From: a phage
DNA: 49,526 bases
Reading direction: 5' to 3' (one strand)
Sequence record: PZ296778.1
Positions 1 to 10,410 of the stretch are shown here, in pieces (position 1 is the stretch's first letter; each line of letters begins with the position of its first letter). The position numbers and the translations under genes were made by a program. The notes beneath the pieces were generated by a model that did no database searches, was not told where the DNA came from, and worked only from the letters and a program-made list of their open reading frames with translations.

Positions 1-528
1 ATGGCTAAAAACGTTGAGCCTGCTGTAAAGGCATTAAATTTCAAAGAGTTATATAATAAAACTTATGGCGATATTGTCACGCTAAACAACCGCCACAAGT
101 ACACGCCGGAACAGGTTTTTGATATGGCGATCCGCTATTTCACTTGGGCCGAAGAGAATCACATCCAGGCGGCTGAAACTGCTTCCTTTCAGGGTTACGT
201 GTACGAGAGCAGAGTTTACAAGCCTCGCGTTTTCACGGTTAACGGATTCAGCTTGTATCTCGGCGTGACTGAGGCTGCCGTAAGCAAATGGCGTAAAGAG
301 CCTGGATTCTGCGATGTGATGGAGTTTGTTGATAAAGTAATTTACGAGCAAAAATTCCAGCTTGCGGCAAATAACATGATTAATGCTGGATTTATCGGTA
401 AAGAGATCGGCGTAGAGAAGCCAGCAACAGTGAGCGTTGAAGCTAGCGCGGCAGCTAATGCAAGCATTGACGCAGTAACTGCCGATGAGGTGAAAGAGGC
501 TGTTATTGATATTCTGGAGCAACTTTAA
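1..528 (+). CDS. terminase small subunit (putative)
   Basis: 175-aa ORF immediately upstream of the large terminase with TAATG stop/start overlap; HTH-like segment (FSLYLGVTEAAVSKWRK); strong RBS contributed by the window end (aaggagga). Confidence 0.55.
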   Translation: MAKNVEPAVKALNFKELYNKTYGDIVTLNNRHKYTPEQVFDMAIRYFTWAEENHIQAAETASFQGYVYESRVYKPRVFTVNGFSLYLGVTEAAVSKWRKEPGFCDVMEFVDKVIYEQKFQLAANNMINAGFIGKEIGVEKPATVSVEASAAANASIDAVTADEVKEAVIDILEQL

Positions 529-2096
529 TGATCATATGGGAAGATTTGACGGCGGCGCAAAAGCGAGCCATTAAAGAAATCAGTGAGCATTCATTCGAAA
601 AGATGATCAGAATCTGGTTTCAGTTATTGCAGGGGCAAAAATTCCAGAGCAACTGGCATTTTAGCTTATTGTGCAGTGAGGTAGAGAAGATCATCAATGG
701 AGAGTCGCAGAATGTGATTTTCAACATTACGCCAGGTAGCGGTAAGACTGAGATTTTCTCGATCCACATGTCACCCTACGCGTCATTGAAAAGTCGGAAG
801 GTGAGAAACCTTAACCTTTCGTTTAGTGATGGACTTGTCCAGCAAAACAGCAACAGGATAAAGGAGATTATCGGTTCTCCTGAGTGGCAAGAGCTATGGC
901 CAGGAAAACTGGCAAAGGCGAGCGCAAAAGATCTCATAGTTACGGATGGCGGCAAGGTTAAATTGCAAGTTAACTCACGTTCTATTGGCGGACAGGTAAC
1001 AGGTTTGCGTGGCGGCTATATGGACGATGGTTTTACTGGTATGCTGGTTCTGGACGATCCAGACAAGCCGGATGATATGCTTTCTAAGGTCAAGCGTGAG
1101 GCGATCCACATGCGGTTAAAAAACACAGTGCGATCGCGTCGAATGAAAGACACTACGCCGATTGTTATGGTGCAACAGCGACTACACGTTAATGATTCCA
1201 CCTGGTTTATGCTTAATGGCGGGATGGGTGGTATTGAGTTTAAAGTTGTGAGTATTCCGGCGCTGGTTACGAAAGAATACCGCGAAACGCTTCCTGATTG
1301 GTTGAAGCCTGAATTTGATCGTGATGTGTTGTCAAGTAAGCCAGTGATGATAGATGGCGTTGCTCATTATTCATTTTGGCCTGCGAAGGAAAGCGCGGAG
1401 GAATTGCTTGCATTGCGCAATGCAGATCCTTATACGTTCGCCAGTCAGTACCAACAGCAACCCATCGCGCTTGGCGGCAACGTGTTTAAAACAGAGTGGT
1501 TCCAGTATTACGGCAGCGGCGAAAAATGCGCACTTCCTAAACCGGATCGCTTTGAATACACATTTATTACTGGTGATACCGCGCAGAAGGCCGGAGAGCT
1601 TAACGACTATTCAGTTTTTTGTTATTGGGGGATGTATAAGAATCGCGTTTACTTCATTGATGGCATTCGCGGAAAGTGGGAAGCGCCGGATCTTGAATTA
1701 AATTTTATTGCCTTCGTTAATCAGTGCTGGAAGCGCAATAAGGAGTGTGGCAGCTTGCGACGTATCCACATTGAGGATAAGGCCAGCGGCACGGGTTTGA
1801 TTCAGGGGGCCAAAAAGAAGATCCCGATTGATATAAATCCCGTTCAGCGAAGCAATGACAAGGTAACGCGAGCAATGGACGCCGCGCCAGTAATGAGGGC
1901 CGGACGTGTGGCACTGCCAGAAAGTCATCCCATGTTACCTGAGATACTGGCAGAGGTTGCAGCGTTCACTTTTGACGATTCTCATCCCCATGATGATATT
2001 GTCGATAATATAGTTGATGCTGTTAACGTCGAAATGAACTTGGCTGATGATCCGGTAGCAAGGATGAAAAAGCTGGCTGGTCTACGCAATAAATAG
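528..2096 (+). CDS. terminase large subunit
   Basis: 522 aa; Walker A-like PGSGKT and Walker B LVLDDPD in the N-terminal ATPase region; acidic C-terminal nuclease-like region; placed between small terminase and portal. Confidence 0.85.
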   Translation: MIIWEDLTAAQKRAIKEISEHSFEKMIRIWFQLLQGQKFQSNWHFSLLCSEVEKIINGESQNVIFNITPGSGKTEIFSIHMSPYASLKSRKVRNLNLSFSDGLVQQNSNRIKEIIGSPEWQELWPGKLAKASAKDLIVTDGGKVKLQVNSRSIGGQVTGLRGGYMDDGFTGMLVLDDPDKPDDMLSKVKREAIHMRLKNTVRSRRMKDTTPIVMVQQRLHVNDSTWFMLNGGMGGIEFKVVSIPALVTKEYRETLPDWLKPEFDRDVLSSKPVMIDGVAHYSFWPAKESAEELLALRNADPYTFASQYQQQPIALGGNVFKTEWFQYYGSGEKCALPKPDRFEYTFITGDTAQKAGELNDYSVFCYWGMYKNRVYFIDGIRGKWEAPDLELNFIAFVNQCWKRNKECGSLRRIHIEDKASGTGLIQGAKKKIPIDINPVQRSNDKVTRAMDAAPVMRAGRVALPESHPMLPEILAEVAAFTFDDSHPHDDIVDNIVDAVNVEMNLADDPVARMKKLAGLRNK

Positions 2097-2125
2097 CACT
2101 AATTGCTAAAAAGTTATATAATCAA

Positions 2126-2149
2126 GGCTGGATTTTTCCAGCCTTTTTT
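2126..2149 (+). terminator. intrinsic terminator after large terminase gene
   Basis: GGCTGGA-tttt-TCCAGCC hairpin followed by T6. Confidence 0.7.
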
Positions 2150-2166
2150 ATTATGGAGATTTGACG

Positions 2167-3459
2167 ATGAGCGAAAAAACAAGGCTAGTTAAGGCCGATG
2201 GATACAACGAGATTTTCAAGGGTAGTAAGGGCAATGGGCGTGTAGAGTTGCCTTTCTTTATGCAAGGGTTCGAATACACCACGCACGCTGATTTTTACAT
2301 TCGCGACGGCCTAGCAAAACGAATTATCGACGTTGTTCCAGAAGAAATGGTGACGCCTGGATTTAATATTGATGGCGTGGAAGATGAGGAGAGTTTTAGA
2401 TCTTTGTGGGATGAGAAGCGACTAAACGATAAAATCATTGATGCGCTTTGCTGGTCGCGTCTTTTTGGTGGCGCTGCAATCGTGGCAATCGTTCAGGATG
2501 GCAGGTCGTTAAAGTCACCTGTAGCGCCTGGTGCAATCCTTGAAGATGTTCGCGTTTACGATCGCTTTCAGGTTAGGGTAGAAAAGCGCGAAACTAATCC
2601 ACGCAAGGTAAGATATGGTGAGCCATTAATTTACACCATTTCACCTGGTGCCGACTTGCCAGAATACCAGGTTCACTATTCGCGAGTCTGTATTATCGAC
2701 GGTGAGCGGCTACCAAATCAGCGGCGTCAATCAAATGATGGGTGGGGTGAGTCGATCCTGAATAAGAGACTTGTTGAGGCTATTTGTGATTATAACTACT
2801 GCGAAAACTTAGCAACTCAATTGTTGCGACGTAAGCAACAGGCGGTATGGAAAGTTAAAGGTCTTGCTGATCTTTGTGATGATGATGATGGTGTTAGTGC
2901 CGCACGTTTGCGACTTGCTCAAGTTGATGATGAGGGTGGCGTAGGCCGTGCGATCGGCATTGATGCGGAAGATGAGGAATATGATGTTTTAAATTCTGAT
3001 ATTTCTGCCGTCGATTCGTTCTTGGAAAAGAAGATGGATCGCATTGTATCTCTTTCCGGCATCCATGAAATCATCCTCAAAAACAAGAACGTTGGCGGTG
3101 TTAGCGCGAGCCAAAACACGGCGCTTGAAACCTTCTACAAGCTGATCGACAGAAAGCGAAAGGAAGAATACAAACCAATCCTTGAATTTCTGATCCCGTT
3201 CCTTATTCAAGAGGAAGAATGGAGCATTCAGTTTGCGCCGTTAAGCGTTCCAAGCGAAAAGGACCAGGCCGAAATCTTGAACAAGAACATTGATTCTTTG
3301 AGTAAGGCTATTGACGGTCAATTCATGGATGCAGAAGAGGCGCGCGACACATTGCGAGCCATTGCGCCTAACGTTAAACTAAAAGACGGCAATGACATTA
3401 AATTACCTGAGCAAGACGTAGAGCCGGAGCCAGGAACAACAGAGGGTAGCAATCAATGA
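2167..3459 (+). CDS. portal protein
   Basis: About 430 aa, directly downstream of the large terminase; acidic C-terminus; start moved to the ATG after RBS ggag (track start 2161 is TTG). Confidence 0.7.
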   Translation: MSEKTRLVKADGYNEIFKGSKGNGRVELPFFMQGFEYTTHADFYIRDGLAKRIIDVVPEEMVTPGFNIDGVEDEESFRSLWDEKRLNDKIIDALCWSRLFGGAAIVAIVQDGRSLKSPVAPGAILEDVRVYDRFQVRVEKRETNPRKVRYGEPLIYTISPGADLPEYQVHYSRVCIIDGERLPNQRRQSNDGWGESILNKRLVEAICDYNYCENLATQLLRRKQQAVWKVKGLADLCDDDDGVSAARLRLAQVDDEGGVGRAIGIDAEDEEYDVLNSDISAVDSFLEKKMDRIVSLSGIHEIILKNKNVGGVSASQNTALETFYKLIDRKRKEEYKPILEFLIPFLIQEEEWSIQFAPLSVPSEKDQAEILNKNIDSLSKAIDGQFMDAEEARDTLRAIAPNVKLKDGNDIKLPEQDVEPEPGTTEGSNQ

Positions 3460-4211
3460 TAGTGAAAGGCGTCGTTAAACAATGGCGCTTTCCTGAAGCA
3501 AGCGAGCGGCAATTGCGCCGCTCAATTCAGGAGGCGATAAGGGATCTTGTTGTGCTGATGCGCAGCAAAACAAAGGAAATGAAATTTGACGCGGACACCG
3601 AAGAAATCAACGCCGCAGAGGATGAGATTAGTAGCTTCGCGTTAAAGCTAATAGCTGGCATCGCCGCATCACTTCCGGCTATCGGTCTTGCTGTTTATAA
3701 ATTCAACGCGAAGCAATTTATTAACGTAGCCAAATCAACGGGAGGCAAGTCAAATTCAGCCGTTATCATCCTTATGGCTATTGGGGCCAATGCGAATGAG
3801 AGTTGGTATAGGACGCTATACGGTCAATGGCATGACATGACGATCGCATCTCTTCAAAAGCTATTTGGAAACATCGTGTCTGACTGGTCAACCAATATTA
3901 GATTGGCAAACTTTCGCGGAATGAGAGATAGCCAGGTTAATGAATTGGCTGGTAAGAGGTTCGCAGTGTATAGCTCTTGGGGTAAGACAAGGGCGGAAAA
4001 CATCATAGGCGCTTGGAATAGTAGACTCATGCGCCAGCGTCTTTATGATTCAAAAGTAACTCATTATTTTTGGCATGGTATGCTTGATGACAGAGAGCGA
4101 TTGCAGCATGTACAATGGGAAGGTAAGCGCATTGCGCTAGATTCTGAACATGATTTTCCTGGTGAGCCTTTCGGTTGTCGTTGTTGGGCCATACCAGATT
4201 GGAACAGTTAA
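3456..4211 (+). CDS. head morphogenesis / minor head protein (putative)
   Basis: 251 aa, start overlaps portal stop (ATGA); position typical of SPP1 gp7 / Mu F-like minor head proteins. Call is positional. Confidence 0.45.
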   Translation: MIVKGVVKQWRFPEASERQLRRSIQEAIRDLVVLMRSKTKEMKFDADTEEINAAEDEISSFALKLIAGIAASLPAIGLAVYKFNAKQFINVAKSTGGKSNSAVIILMAIGANANESWYRTLYGQWHDMTIASLQKLFGNIVSDWSTNIRLANFRGMRDSQVNELAGKRFAVYSSWGKTRAENIIGAWNSRLMRQRLYDSKVTHYFWHGMLDDRERLQHVQWEGKRIALDSEHDFPGEPFGCRCWAIPDWNS

Positions 4212-4221
4212 GAGGTATTAA

Positions 4222-5337
4222 ATGAAGGCAAAACAAAGATTTGATAGCGCCAAAGTAAAGGCGCACTTTGATGATAACGGGTTTTTAGTTGATCGCCCTA
4301 TCGTGGCGCGAATTGGTTTACAAGTCTATCAGACTCCTTTCGGTGAGCGCCGAGAATTTCGCCCTGCGTCAGAAGTATTCAAGGCCGACTCGCTCGCCAC
4401 CTTTGCAGGGAAGCCGGTCACGGTTGGTCACGTCACGGTAACGCCAGAAAACGCCGAAAAGGTTGTAGTTGGTTCTTGTGCTGGCGCTGGTGTGCCGAAC
4501 GGGATCGGCGTAGAGGTTCCGTTAAGCATTTACTCAAAACGAGCAATCGAAAGCGCAAAGAAGCGAGACACGGCGGAAATTTCAGTTGGTTATACATCGG
4601 TTGATATTGATAAACCAGGCTGGGGCAATAATAAAACTGGTGAGTACGTTTTCGATGAGGACGTTAGCGAAGACTGGAAACCTGATTCTCCTGATTGGGT
4701 TAAGTTTGATGCAATCCAGACTGAAATCAAGGTAAACCACATCGCGTTAGTTTTCCGAGGTCGAGCTGGCATTGCAAAATTAAACCTTGATAGCCAGCAA
4801 GATTTTCCGTATAGTGACGACGTTATTAACAACAAAGAGGATCAAATCATGACTGTAAAAATTAAACTGGATGGCGCTGTAGAGTTTGACGTGCCGAAAG
4901 CGGTTGCGGATCACATTGAATCACTGAAAGCTGATACCAAAGCGCAGAAAGAAAATGCTGACAGCCTGGAAGCTGAGCGAGACGCACTGCAAACCAAAGT
5001 AGATGGCATTCAGGATCAGATTGATGCCGCAGTCAAGAAGGCCAAAAAAGATGCCGAGCAATATGCTCAATTAGTGGCGGACGCTAAAGAGTTAGGCATC
5101 AAGTGCGACGGCCTGGATGCGAAAGCAATCAAGGTTGCATACATCAAGGAAGTTATGGGCAATGACGTTTCTGATAAAACTGATGCCTATATCGAAACAG
5201 CTTTCGACATCGCCAAAAACTCTGATAAAATGGCGGCGCAGCGTAAGAGCATTAAAGGTGACTCTTTCGCGAATGAAAAGCAGGATGACGCAGGTTCTAA
5301 GCTGAATCCTAACGCTCGTTTTGAGAAACTTAAATAA
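4222..5337 (+). CDS. capsid scaffolding protein (putative)
   Basis: 371 aa; C-terminal half is alanine/lysine/glutamate-rich and coiled-coil-like (AEQYAQLVADAKELGIK...); lies between head morphogenesis and capsid genes. Confidence 0.4.
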   Translation: MKAKQRFDSAKVKAHFDDNGFLVDRPIVARIGLQVYQTPFGERREFRPASEVFKADSLATFAGKPVTVGHVTVTPENAEKVVVGSCAGAGVPNGIGVEVPLSIYSKRAIESAKKRDTAEISVGYTSVDIDKPGWGNNKTGEYVFDEDVSEDWKPDSPDWVKFDAIQTEIKVNHIALVFRGRAGIAKLNLDSQQDFPYSDDVINNKEDQIMTVKIKLDGAVEFDVPKAVADHIESLKADTKAQKENADSLEAERDALQTKVDGIQDQIDAAVKKAKKDAEQYAQLVADAKELGIKCDGLDAKAIKVAYIKEVMGNDVSDKTDAYIETAFDIAKNSDKMAAQRKSIKGDSFANEKQDDAGSKLNPNARFEKLK

Positions 5338-5349
5338 GGAGTAATTAAA

Positions 5350-5859
5350 ATGGCTAAAATTGGAGCAAGTTATTTTGACACTATGGCGCGTGCGCTTCCT
5401 GGTCAGGTATCCGATACTTCGGCGTATAACATCGACGGCGCTTGTGTTCTTGACAAGGAAGACGGCATCCCAATCCTGGTTGGCGTGGCTGTTAAGCTAA
5501 AAGGAGTTGACTCAATGGGTAATAAGCTGATCGACGCTATTTCTGGTAGTGGTGATGTTCCTTATGGCGTTGGCATCCGTTCGCACTTTCAAACTACGGC
5601 TGATAATGGACGAATGGTTTATGAGGCTGGCGGCGGAATCAACGTTATGACAGAGGGCCGCGTTTGGATGGTTGGCGATGATACCGACAAGAGCAAAAAA
5701 CCATCGTATCGTGAGCCTGTAAAAATTGATGAAAACACTGGCAAGGTGAAAAGTGCTGGCACTATCAATACCAACTGGATTTACACGGGAGATAAAACCA
5801 CATTTGGAACTGGCGATGATGTGTTGACTTTGTTTGAAGTTCAGGTCTTCCCAAGCTAA
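5350..5859 (+). CDS. virion structural protein, paralog 1 (possible decoration protein)
   Basis: 169 aa; shares motifs with the next ORF (YNIDGACV / YNIDGTGV, VGIRSHF / VAIRSNI, TEGRVWMV / TRGVVWCL); strong RBS; followed by intrinsic terminator. Confidence 0.4.
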   Translation: MAKIGASYFDTMARALPGQVSDTSAYNIDGACVLDKEDGIPILVGVAVKLKGVDSMGNKLIDAISGSGDVPYGVGIRSHFQTTADNGRMVYEAGGGINVMTEGRVWMVGDDTDKSKKPSYREPVKIDENTGKVKSAGTINTNWIYTGDKTTFGTGDDVLTLFEVQVFPS

Positions 5860-5865
5860 AATTAA

Positions 5866-5889
5866 GGCGCTCGCTTGAGCGCCTTTTTT
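5866..5889 (+). terminator. intrinsic terminator
   Basis: GGCGCTC-gctt-GAGCGCC hairpin followed by T6. Confidence 0.75.
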
Positions 5890-5909
5890 ATTATGTAAGG
5901 AGAAATGAA

Positions 5910-6692
5910 ATGGCTAAAGATTATTCATCTGTTATGGGTCTTTCTTGCCCTGGTTGTTTGGTTGATTCTACTCGCTACAATATTGATGGAACTGGCGTTT
6001 GCGGATCTGAGTCGATCATTGCTGGCAAAGTTGTTTTCTTCAAAGAGAGAGTGGAAGGTTATAACATATTTGTTGATCATAAAGAGTATGATGCTGTGGT
6101 TGCTGGTGTTGCTATAAGGAGCAATATCACGACAACGGTTAACGAGGAAGACGGATACTCTGACTATAAGGAAGGAGATTCTATCAATATTTTAACAAGA
6201 GGGGTTGTATGGTGCTTAACTCAAACGATTGAGTCTGCGCCTGAACATGGCGATCTTGTTTATGTTAACAATGATGGTTTTGTAGCAAAAAGTGATGGCG
6301 ATGAAATCGTCGATGGCTGGATTTTTACTGGTGACTTCTACAAGTTTGATGAAACAATGAACATAGTCGGAGTCAGAATAACGCCGCTTCATCATAGAAA
6401 ATACCTTCTCACTGGTGCGATCATTGAGGCCGAAAATGGCTACATAGAGGGAACAGAGACGATTAATAACGTTCAATTAAAGGTAACGGTTGTTCCTACT
6501 TGGGCTGATGACAAAACGGGTCAGTGGACAATTACAAACGAGCAAGATCCAAAGGTTGCCAGCGTTAGCCGTACAGGTCTTGTTGTTCCTACTGGTGTAG
6601 GAGGCAGAGTTAACGTCAACTGGACTGCTAATGATGGTTCTGGAGTTGCTGACCAGTTTGATATTGTATTTACGAAAACCGCTGGCGAATAA
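5910..6692 (+). CDS. virion structural protein, paralog 2 with C-terminal extension
   Basis: 260 aa; N-terminal 150 aa paralogous to 5350-5859; RBS aaggag; the overlapping 5905 ORF in another frame is judged spurious. Confidence 0.4.
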   Translation: MAKDYSSVMGLSCPGCLVDSTRYNIDGTGVCGSESIIAGKVVFFKERVEGYNIFVDHKEYDAVVAGVAIRSNITTTVNEEDGYSDYKEGDSINILTRGVVWCLTQTIESAPEHGDLVYVNNDGFVAKSDGDEIVDGWIFTGDFYKFDETMNIVGVRITPLHHRKYLLTGAIIEAENGYIEGTETINNVQLKVTVVPTWADDKTGQWTITNEQDPKVASVSRTGLVVPTGVGGRVNVNWTANDGSGVADQFDIVFTKTAGE

Positions 6693-6717
6693 CTAATAGC
6701 ATAAAAAAACATTGCAC

Positions 6718-6736
6718 GTTTAACAAAAAGTGCTAT
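6718..6736 (-). promoter_or_regulatory. conserved intergenic motif copy R1 (inverted, variant)
   Basis: GTTTAACAAAAAGTGCTAT upstream of major capsid gene; followed by hairpin plus T-run and RBS. Confidence 0.6.
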
Positions 6737-6742
6737 CATCTA

Positions 6743-6768
6743 GGCCGTTACATTTAACGGCCTTTTTT
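6743..6768 (+). terminator. intrinsic terminator upstream of major capsid gene
   Basis: GGCCGTTA-cattt-TAACGGCC hairpin followed by T6; lies directly after motif copy R1. Confidence 0.7.
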
Positions 6769-6782
6769 ATGGAGGAAGCAAA

Positions 6783-7754
6783 ATGGCTAAAAAATACGAT
6801 GAATTAGATGCTACCATTGTAGCAAATCATTTACAGGTTCAGGGCGTTAAGGGTGATGCTTTTGATATGGGTATTTGGACCGCTCAAGAGCTACACAAGA
6901 TCCGTTCAACGGCATACGAGAAAGAGTATCCGGCAGGTTCCGCACTTCGCGTATTCCCTGTAACAAACGAGCTTTCTGATACTGATAAGACTTTTGAGTA
7001 TCAGACTTTTGATAAGGTTGGCTACGCGAAAATTATCGCCGACTACACCGACGATCTGCCGACCGTGGACGCGCTGATGACTTCTGAATTTGGCAAGGTG
7101 TTCCGCCTGGGTAACGCTTTTCCGATCTCCATTGATGAGATTAAAGCAGGTCAGCGAACTGGCAAGAGCCTGTCAACTCGCAAGGCTAACGCTGCGCAAA
7201 ATGCGCATGATCAGTTGATTAACTTCCTGGTGTTCAAAGGTTCCAAGCCTCATAAGATCGTTTCCGTTTTCGATCACCCTAACCTTACGAAAATTGTTTC
7301 TAAAGGATGGATGAGCCAGGATGGAAACACCAAGTTCCCTGATGTGGCAAGCGATGAACTGGAGGCTGCAATCGAGACTATCGAGGAAGTAACAAAAGGT
7401 CAGCACCGCGCGACTAACATCCTGATCCCGCCGTCCATGCGTAAAGTCTTGACGGTTCGAATGGAAAATACCACTGAAAGTTATCTTGAATACTTCCAGA
7501 AGCAAAACGGCGGAATCACTATCGACTCTATCGCAGAGCTTGAGGATATTGACGGCAAAGGTACGAAAGGTTGCTTGGTTTACGAAAAAGATCCAATGAA
7601 CATGAGCATTGAGATTCCAGAAGCGTTTAACATGCTTCCGGCGCAGCCAAAAGACCTTCATTTCAAGGTTCCTTGCACTTCCAAGTGTACTGGCCTTACG
7701 ATTTACCGTCCGTTTACGATGGTGCTTATTACTGGCTTGAAAAAGTCAGTTTAA
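6783..7754 (+). CDS. major capsid protein
   Basis: 323 aa; strong RBS ggagga; bracketed by intrinsic terminators; size and position typical of an HK97-fold major capsid protein. Confidence 0.7.
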   Translation: MAKKYDELDATIVANHLQVQGVKGDAFDMGIWTAQELHKIRSTAYEKEYPAGSALRVFPVTNELSDTDKTFEYQTFDKVGYAKIIADYTDDLPTVDALMTSEFGKVFRLGNAFPISIDEIKAGQRTGKSLSTRKANAAQNAHDQLINFLVFKGSKPHKIVSVFDHPNLTKIVSKGWMSQDGNTKFPDVASDELEAAIETIEEVTKGQHRATNILIPPSMRKVLTVRMENTTESYLEYFQKQNGGITIDSIAELEDIDGKGTKGCLVYEKDPMNMSIEIPEAFNMLPAQPKDLHFKVPCTSKCTGLTIYRPFTMVLITGLKKSV

Positions 7755-7766
7755 TTAGATAACATG

Positions 7767-7794
7767 GGGAGCCTTAAGGGTTCCCCTTTTTTTT
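7767..7794 (+). terminator. intrinsic terminator after major capsid gene
   Basis: GGGGAGCC-ttaa-GGGTTCCCC hairpin followed by T8. Confidence 0.7.
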
Positions 7795-7812
7795 ATTTAC
7801 GGAGTACACAAA

Positions 7813-8079
7813 ATGAGCAAAACTTTAAAACTTAAAGTAACTGGCGTTTGCATGATTATTATGGACGGTAAGCGTTATCACCCTGGTGATGAGATTGAAA
7901 TTGAATCTGATCGTATTAATGATTCCGCAATTGAATACCTGATCGCTCGCGGCGATGTGGAAGTTAAAGACAATTCCGAAATTAACGAGCAAATCAAGGA
8001 GAAAGCGGAGAAGAAGCGCAAAAAAGATCCTACAGAGGGCAAGAGCCGCAAAGAGCTAGAGGATGGCGGCGAATATTAA
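7813..8079 (+). CDS. hypothetical protein (head-associated)
   Basis: 88-aa ORF with RBS after the capsid terminator; lysine/glutamate-rich C-terminus. Confidence 0.4.
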   Translation: MSKTLKLKVTGVCMIIMDGKRYHPGDEIEIESDRINDSAIEYLIARGDVEVKDNSEINEQIKEKAEKKRKKDPTEGKSRKELEDGGEY

Positions 8080-8125
8080 TAATTGGGGCGCTTATGCGCC
8101 CCTTGTCATATCTGGAGAAAACAAA

Positions 8126-8545
8126 ATGGTAGATGAATTTTACACAGACGCTGAAATCGTTCAGCAAATCGTAAAGTTGGCCCCACCAATGCAGCAGGTT
8201 GATCCCGATTTAATTGTGGCATGGATTGAGCTTGCTAAAGAATTTGTTTGCAAAAAACGGTTTAAAAACTCATACCCGAAAGCGGTTGCGCTTTACACTC
8301 TTCACCTTATGACCTTAGACGGGGCAATGAAACAGGAAGGTGAAAGCGTAGAAAGCTATTCCCGCCGCGTTGCATCGTTCACTCTGACTGGTGAGTTTAG
8401 TCAGACGTTTGATCGAATTTCTTCCGATACAAGCGGAAAGCAGATCCGACAAACGCCGTGGGGCAAAATGTACGAAGTGTTAAACCGTAAGCACGGTGGC
8501 GGCTTTGGACTTGTAACTGGATTGCGCCGGAGATGTTGCCGATGA
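8126..8545 (+). CDS. head-tail connector/adaptor protein (putative)
   Basis: Start moved to ATG after RBS ggagaaaacaaa (track start 8063 lies inside a hairpin); position between capsid and tail genes. Confidence 0.4.
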   Translation: MVDEFYTDAEIVQQIVKLAPPMQQVDPDLIVAWIELAKEFVCKKRFKNSYPKAVALYTLHLMTLDGAMKQEGESVESYSRRVASFTLTGEFSQTFDRISSDTSGKQIRQTPWGKMYEVLNRKHGGGFGLVTGLRRRCCR

Positions 8546-8916
8546 ATTACAATGAGATTGCAAGAATGGCTACTGCTGGGATTAACTTTTTCAGCGACGC
8601 TAACGGTATGTTTAAGTGCATCACGCAGCAGGGAGGGGTTGAGATTATCGGCGGAGAGGAAGTTACCAAGCCTGAGATTTCAGTGATGATAAAGGGGCTT
8701 GTTAGATCTCCGAGGACTAGAGAGGTTGACGGTGAAACGATCCGAGTAACCGACAAGTTGGGGGTATTCACCAATGAAACTGAGATCAAAAATGGTTATC
8801 AGATTGAAATTGATGGCGATCGTTATGTTGTCGTTGAAGCAAGACCAGTCAGACAGACTAACATCACGGCAGCTTATCGCCCGATATTAAGGAGGATTGC
8901 AGTGCATGGCGGATAA
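8533..8916 (+). CDS. head-tail joining protein (putative)
   Basis: 127 aa; overlapping start with upstream gene; positional call. Confidence 0.35.
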   Translation: MLPMNYNEIARMATAGINFFSDANGMFKCITQQGGVEIIGGEEVTKPEISVMIKGLVRSPRTREVDGETIRVTDKLGVFTNETEIKNGYQIEIDGDRYVVVEARPVRQTNITAAYRPILRRIAVHGG

Positions 8917-9349
8917 TTATAAGATCAGGGAATTTCACGGTGATATAAGCAGATGGATTGATTCAGTAAGCAGCGGCCTTGTTGATTGCGTTGAAATGTT
9001 CGCGACAAACGTCCACGAGGATCTTGTAAAGCGTTCGCCAGTTGATACGGGCCGATATAAAGCTAACTGGCAGGTAACAGCAAACAAGCCGCCGCTATAT
9101 GCTCTCAATCAATACGATCGCGATGGTAGTAAAACCATTGCAGAAGGCAAGCGAGCAATATATGCAATCATGCGGGGCGGTGGCGCGGTGCGGTCAATCT
9201 ATTTTTCAAACATGCTTATTTACGCCAATGCGCTTGAATACGGGCATTCAAAACAAGCGCCGTCCGGCGTGCTGGGAATCGTGGCGGTAAAGCTGCGATC
9301 CTATATGACTAAGGCAATAAAGGATTCGAGGGCAAAAAATGCACTATGA
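8897..9349 (+). CDS. neck/tail protein (putative)
   Basis: 150 aa; overlapping upstream gene; positional call. Confidence 0.35.
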   Translation: MQCMADNYKIREFHGDISRWIDSVSSGLVDCVEMFATNVHEDLVKRSPVDTGRYKANWQVTANKPPLYALNQYDRDGSKTIAEGKRAIYAIMRGGGAVRSIYFSNMLIYANALEYGHSKQAPSGVLGIVAVKLRSYMTKAIKDSRAKNAL

Positions 9350-9740
9350 TTTAATGTTAGCGGCAAGAAAGGCGCTGGCGGCGGAATATGAATCACGATT
9401 CAAGATCGCCTATGAAAACGTTGATTTTGTTCCGCCTGGTGATGGTTCGATGTGGTTAAAATTTGACTACATGGAAGCCGACACAGATCGCATATCTCTT
9501 GATAGAAAATGCGTTTCTTATATCGGATTGGTTCAGGTTGGAATTGTTATGCCTCCTGGCGGCGGCACTGATAAAGCGCGTTTGCTGGCTAAAGAGATTG
9601 CGAGATTTTTCTATGATGGTAGAATGTTTGAAACTGGCTATATTAGCGATGGGGCAAAGGTCCACACATTACTAAAAAGTGAAACAGGTTGGTTCTTACC
9701 GATCCGTTTCAGTGTTAGGCTTGACACAAAGGAGGAATAA
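9339..9740 (+). CDS. tail completion protein (putative)
   Basis: 133 aa; directly upstream of the putative major tail gene. Confidence 0.35.
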   Translation: MHYDLMLAARKALAAEYESRFKIAYENVDFVPPGDGSMWLKFDYMEADTDRISLDRKCVSYIGLVQVGIVMPPGGGTDKARLLAKEIARFFYDGRMFETGYISDGAKVHTLLKSETGWFLPIRFSVRLDTKEE

Positions 9741-9742
9741 TC

Positions 9743-10405
9743 ATGCACTTGCCTAATGGTTCTCAAATTTTCATCGGCGTTAATATGGGTGAGCCAATTA
9801 GCGCGACTCAAATCAGCAATGCTGATAATCCTGTTTTTACAACCAAAAACACTCAAAGCATCAAAAAAGGCGCTTATGTTCTTATTGAAATATCTTCTTG
9901 GGGCAAACTTGTTAGTCGAGTGCTTCGAGTTAAGGAAGTATCAGATAATGCAAGTGTTACTCTTGAGGGTGTTAGCACTAAAGATACAAACGTATTTCCA
10001 GAAGGACAGAACACAGCAACTTTCCGAGAAGTGAAATCTTGGGTAGAGGTTCCTTGCGTACAGGATCTTGCGCAGGACGGCGGCGAGCAACAGTATTACA
10101 CTTATCAGTGTTTGGCTGATGACCATGAGCAGCAGTTGCCGACCTACAAGAGCGCGGTTTCTCTTACCTACACTTTCGCTCATGAATATGATAACCCGAT
10201 TTATCCGATCTTGCGCGAGGCTGAGGAATCCGGCGACGTAACCGCTTTGCGTATGTACGTGCCGAAAGCTAAAGAGATGCGTTGCTGGGCTGGCGTATTG
10301 TCTTTTAATGACATTCCGCAAACAACTATGAACGAAATGGAAACTGTTTCCCTTTCTGTATCTCTGAAAGGCCGATTCACGTTCTTACCTTCCGACGTTA
10401 AGTAA
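9743..10405 (+). CDS. major tail protein (putative)
   Basis: 220 aa; very strong RBS aaggagga; followed by terminator; immediately upstream of the chaperone and tape measure genes. Confidence 0.5.
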   Translation: MHLPNGSQIFIGVNMGEPISATQISNADNPVFTTKNTQSIKKGAYVLIEISSWGKLVSRVLRVKEVSDNASVTLEGVSTKDTNVFPEGQNTATFREVKSWVEVPCVQDLAQDGGEQQYYTYQCLADDHEQQLPTYKSAVSLTYTFAHEYDNPIYPILREAEESGDVTALRMYVPKAKEMRCWAGVLSFNDIPQTTMNEMETVSLSVSLKGRFTFLPSDVK

Positions 10406-10410
10406 AACAA

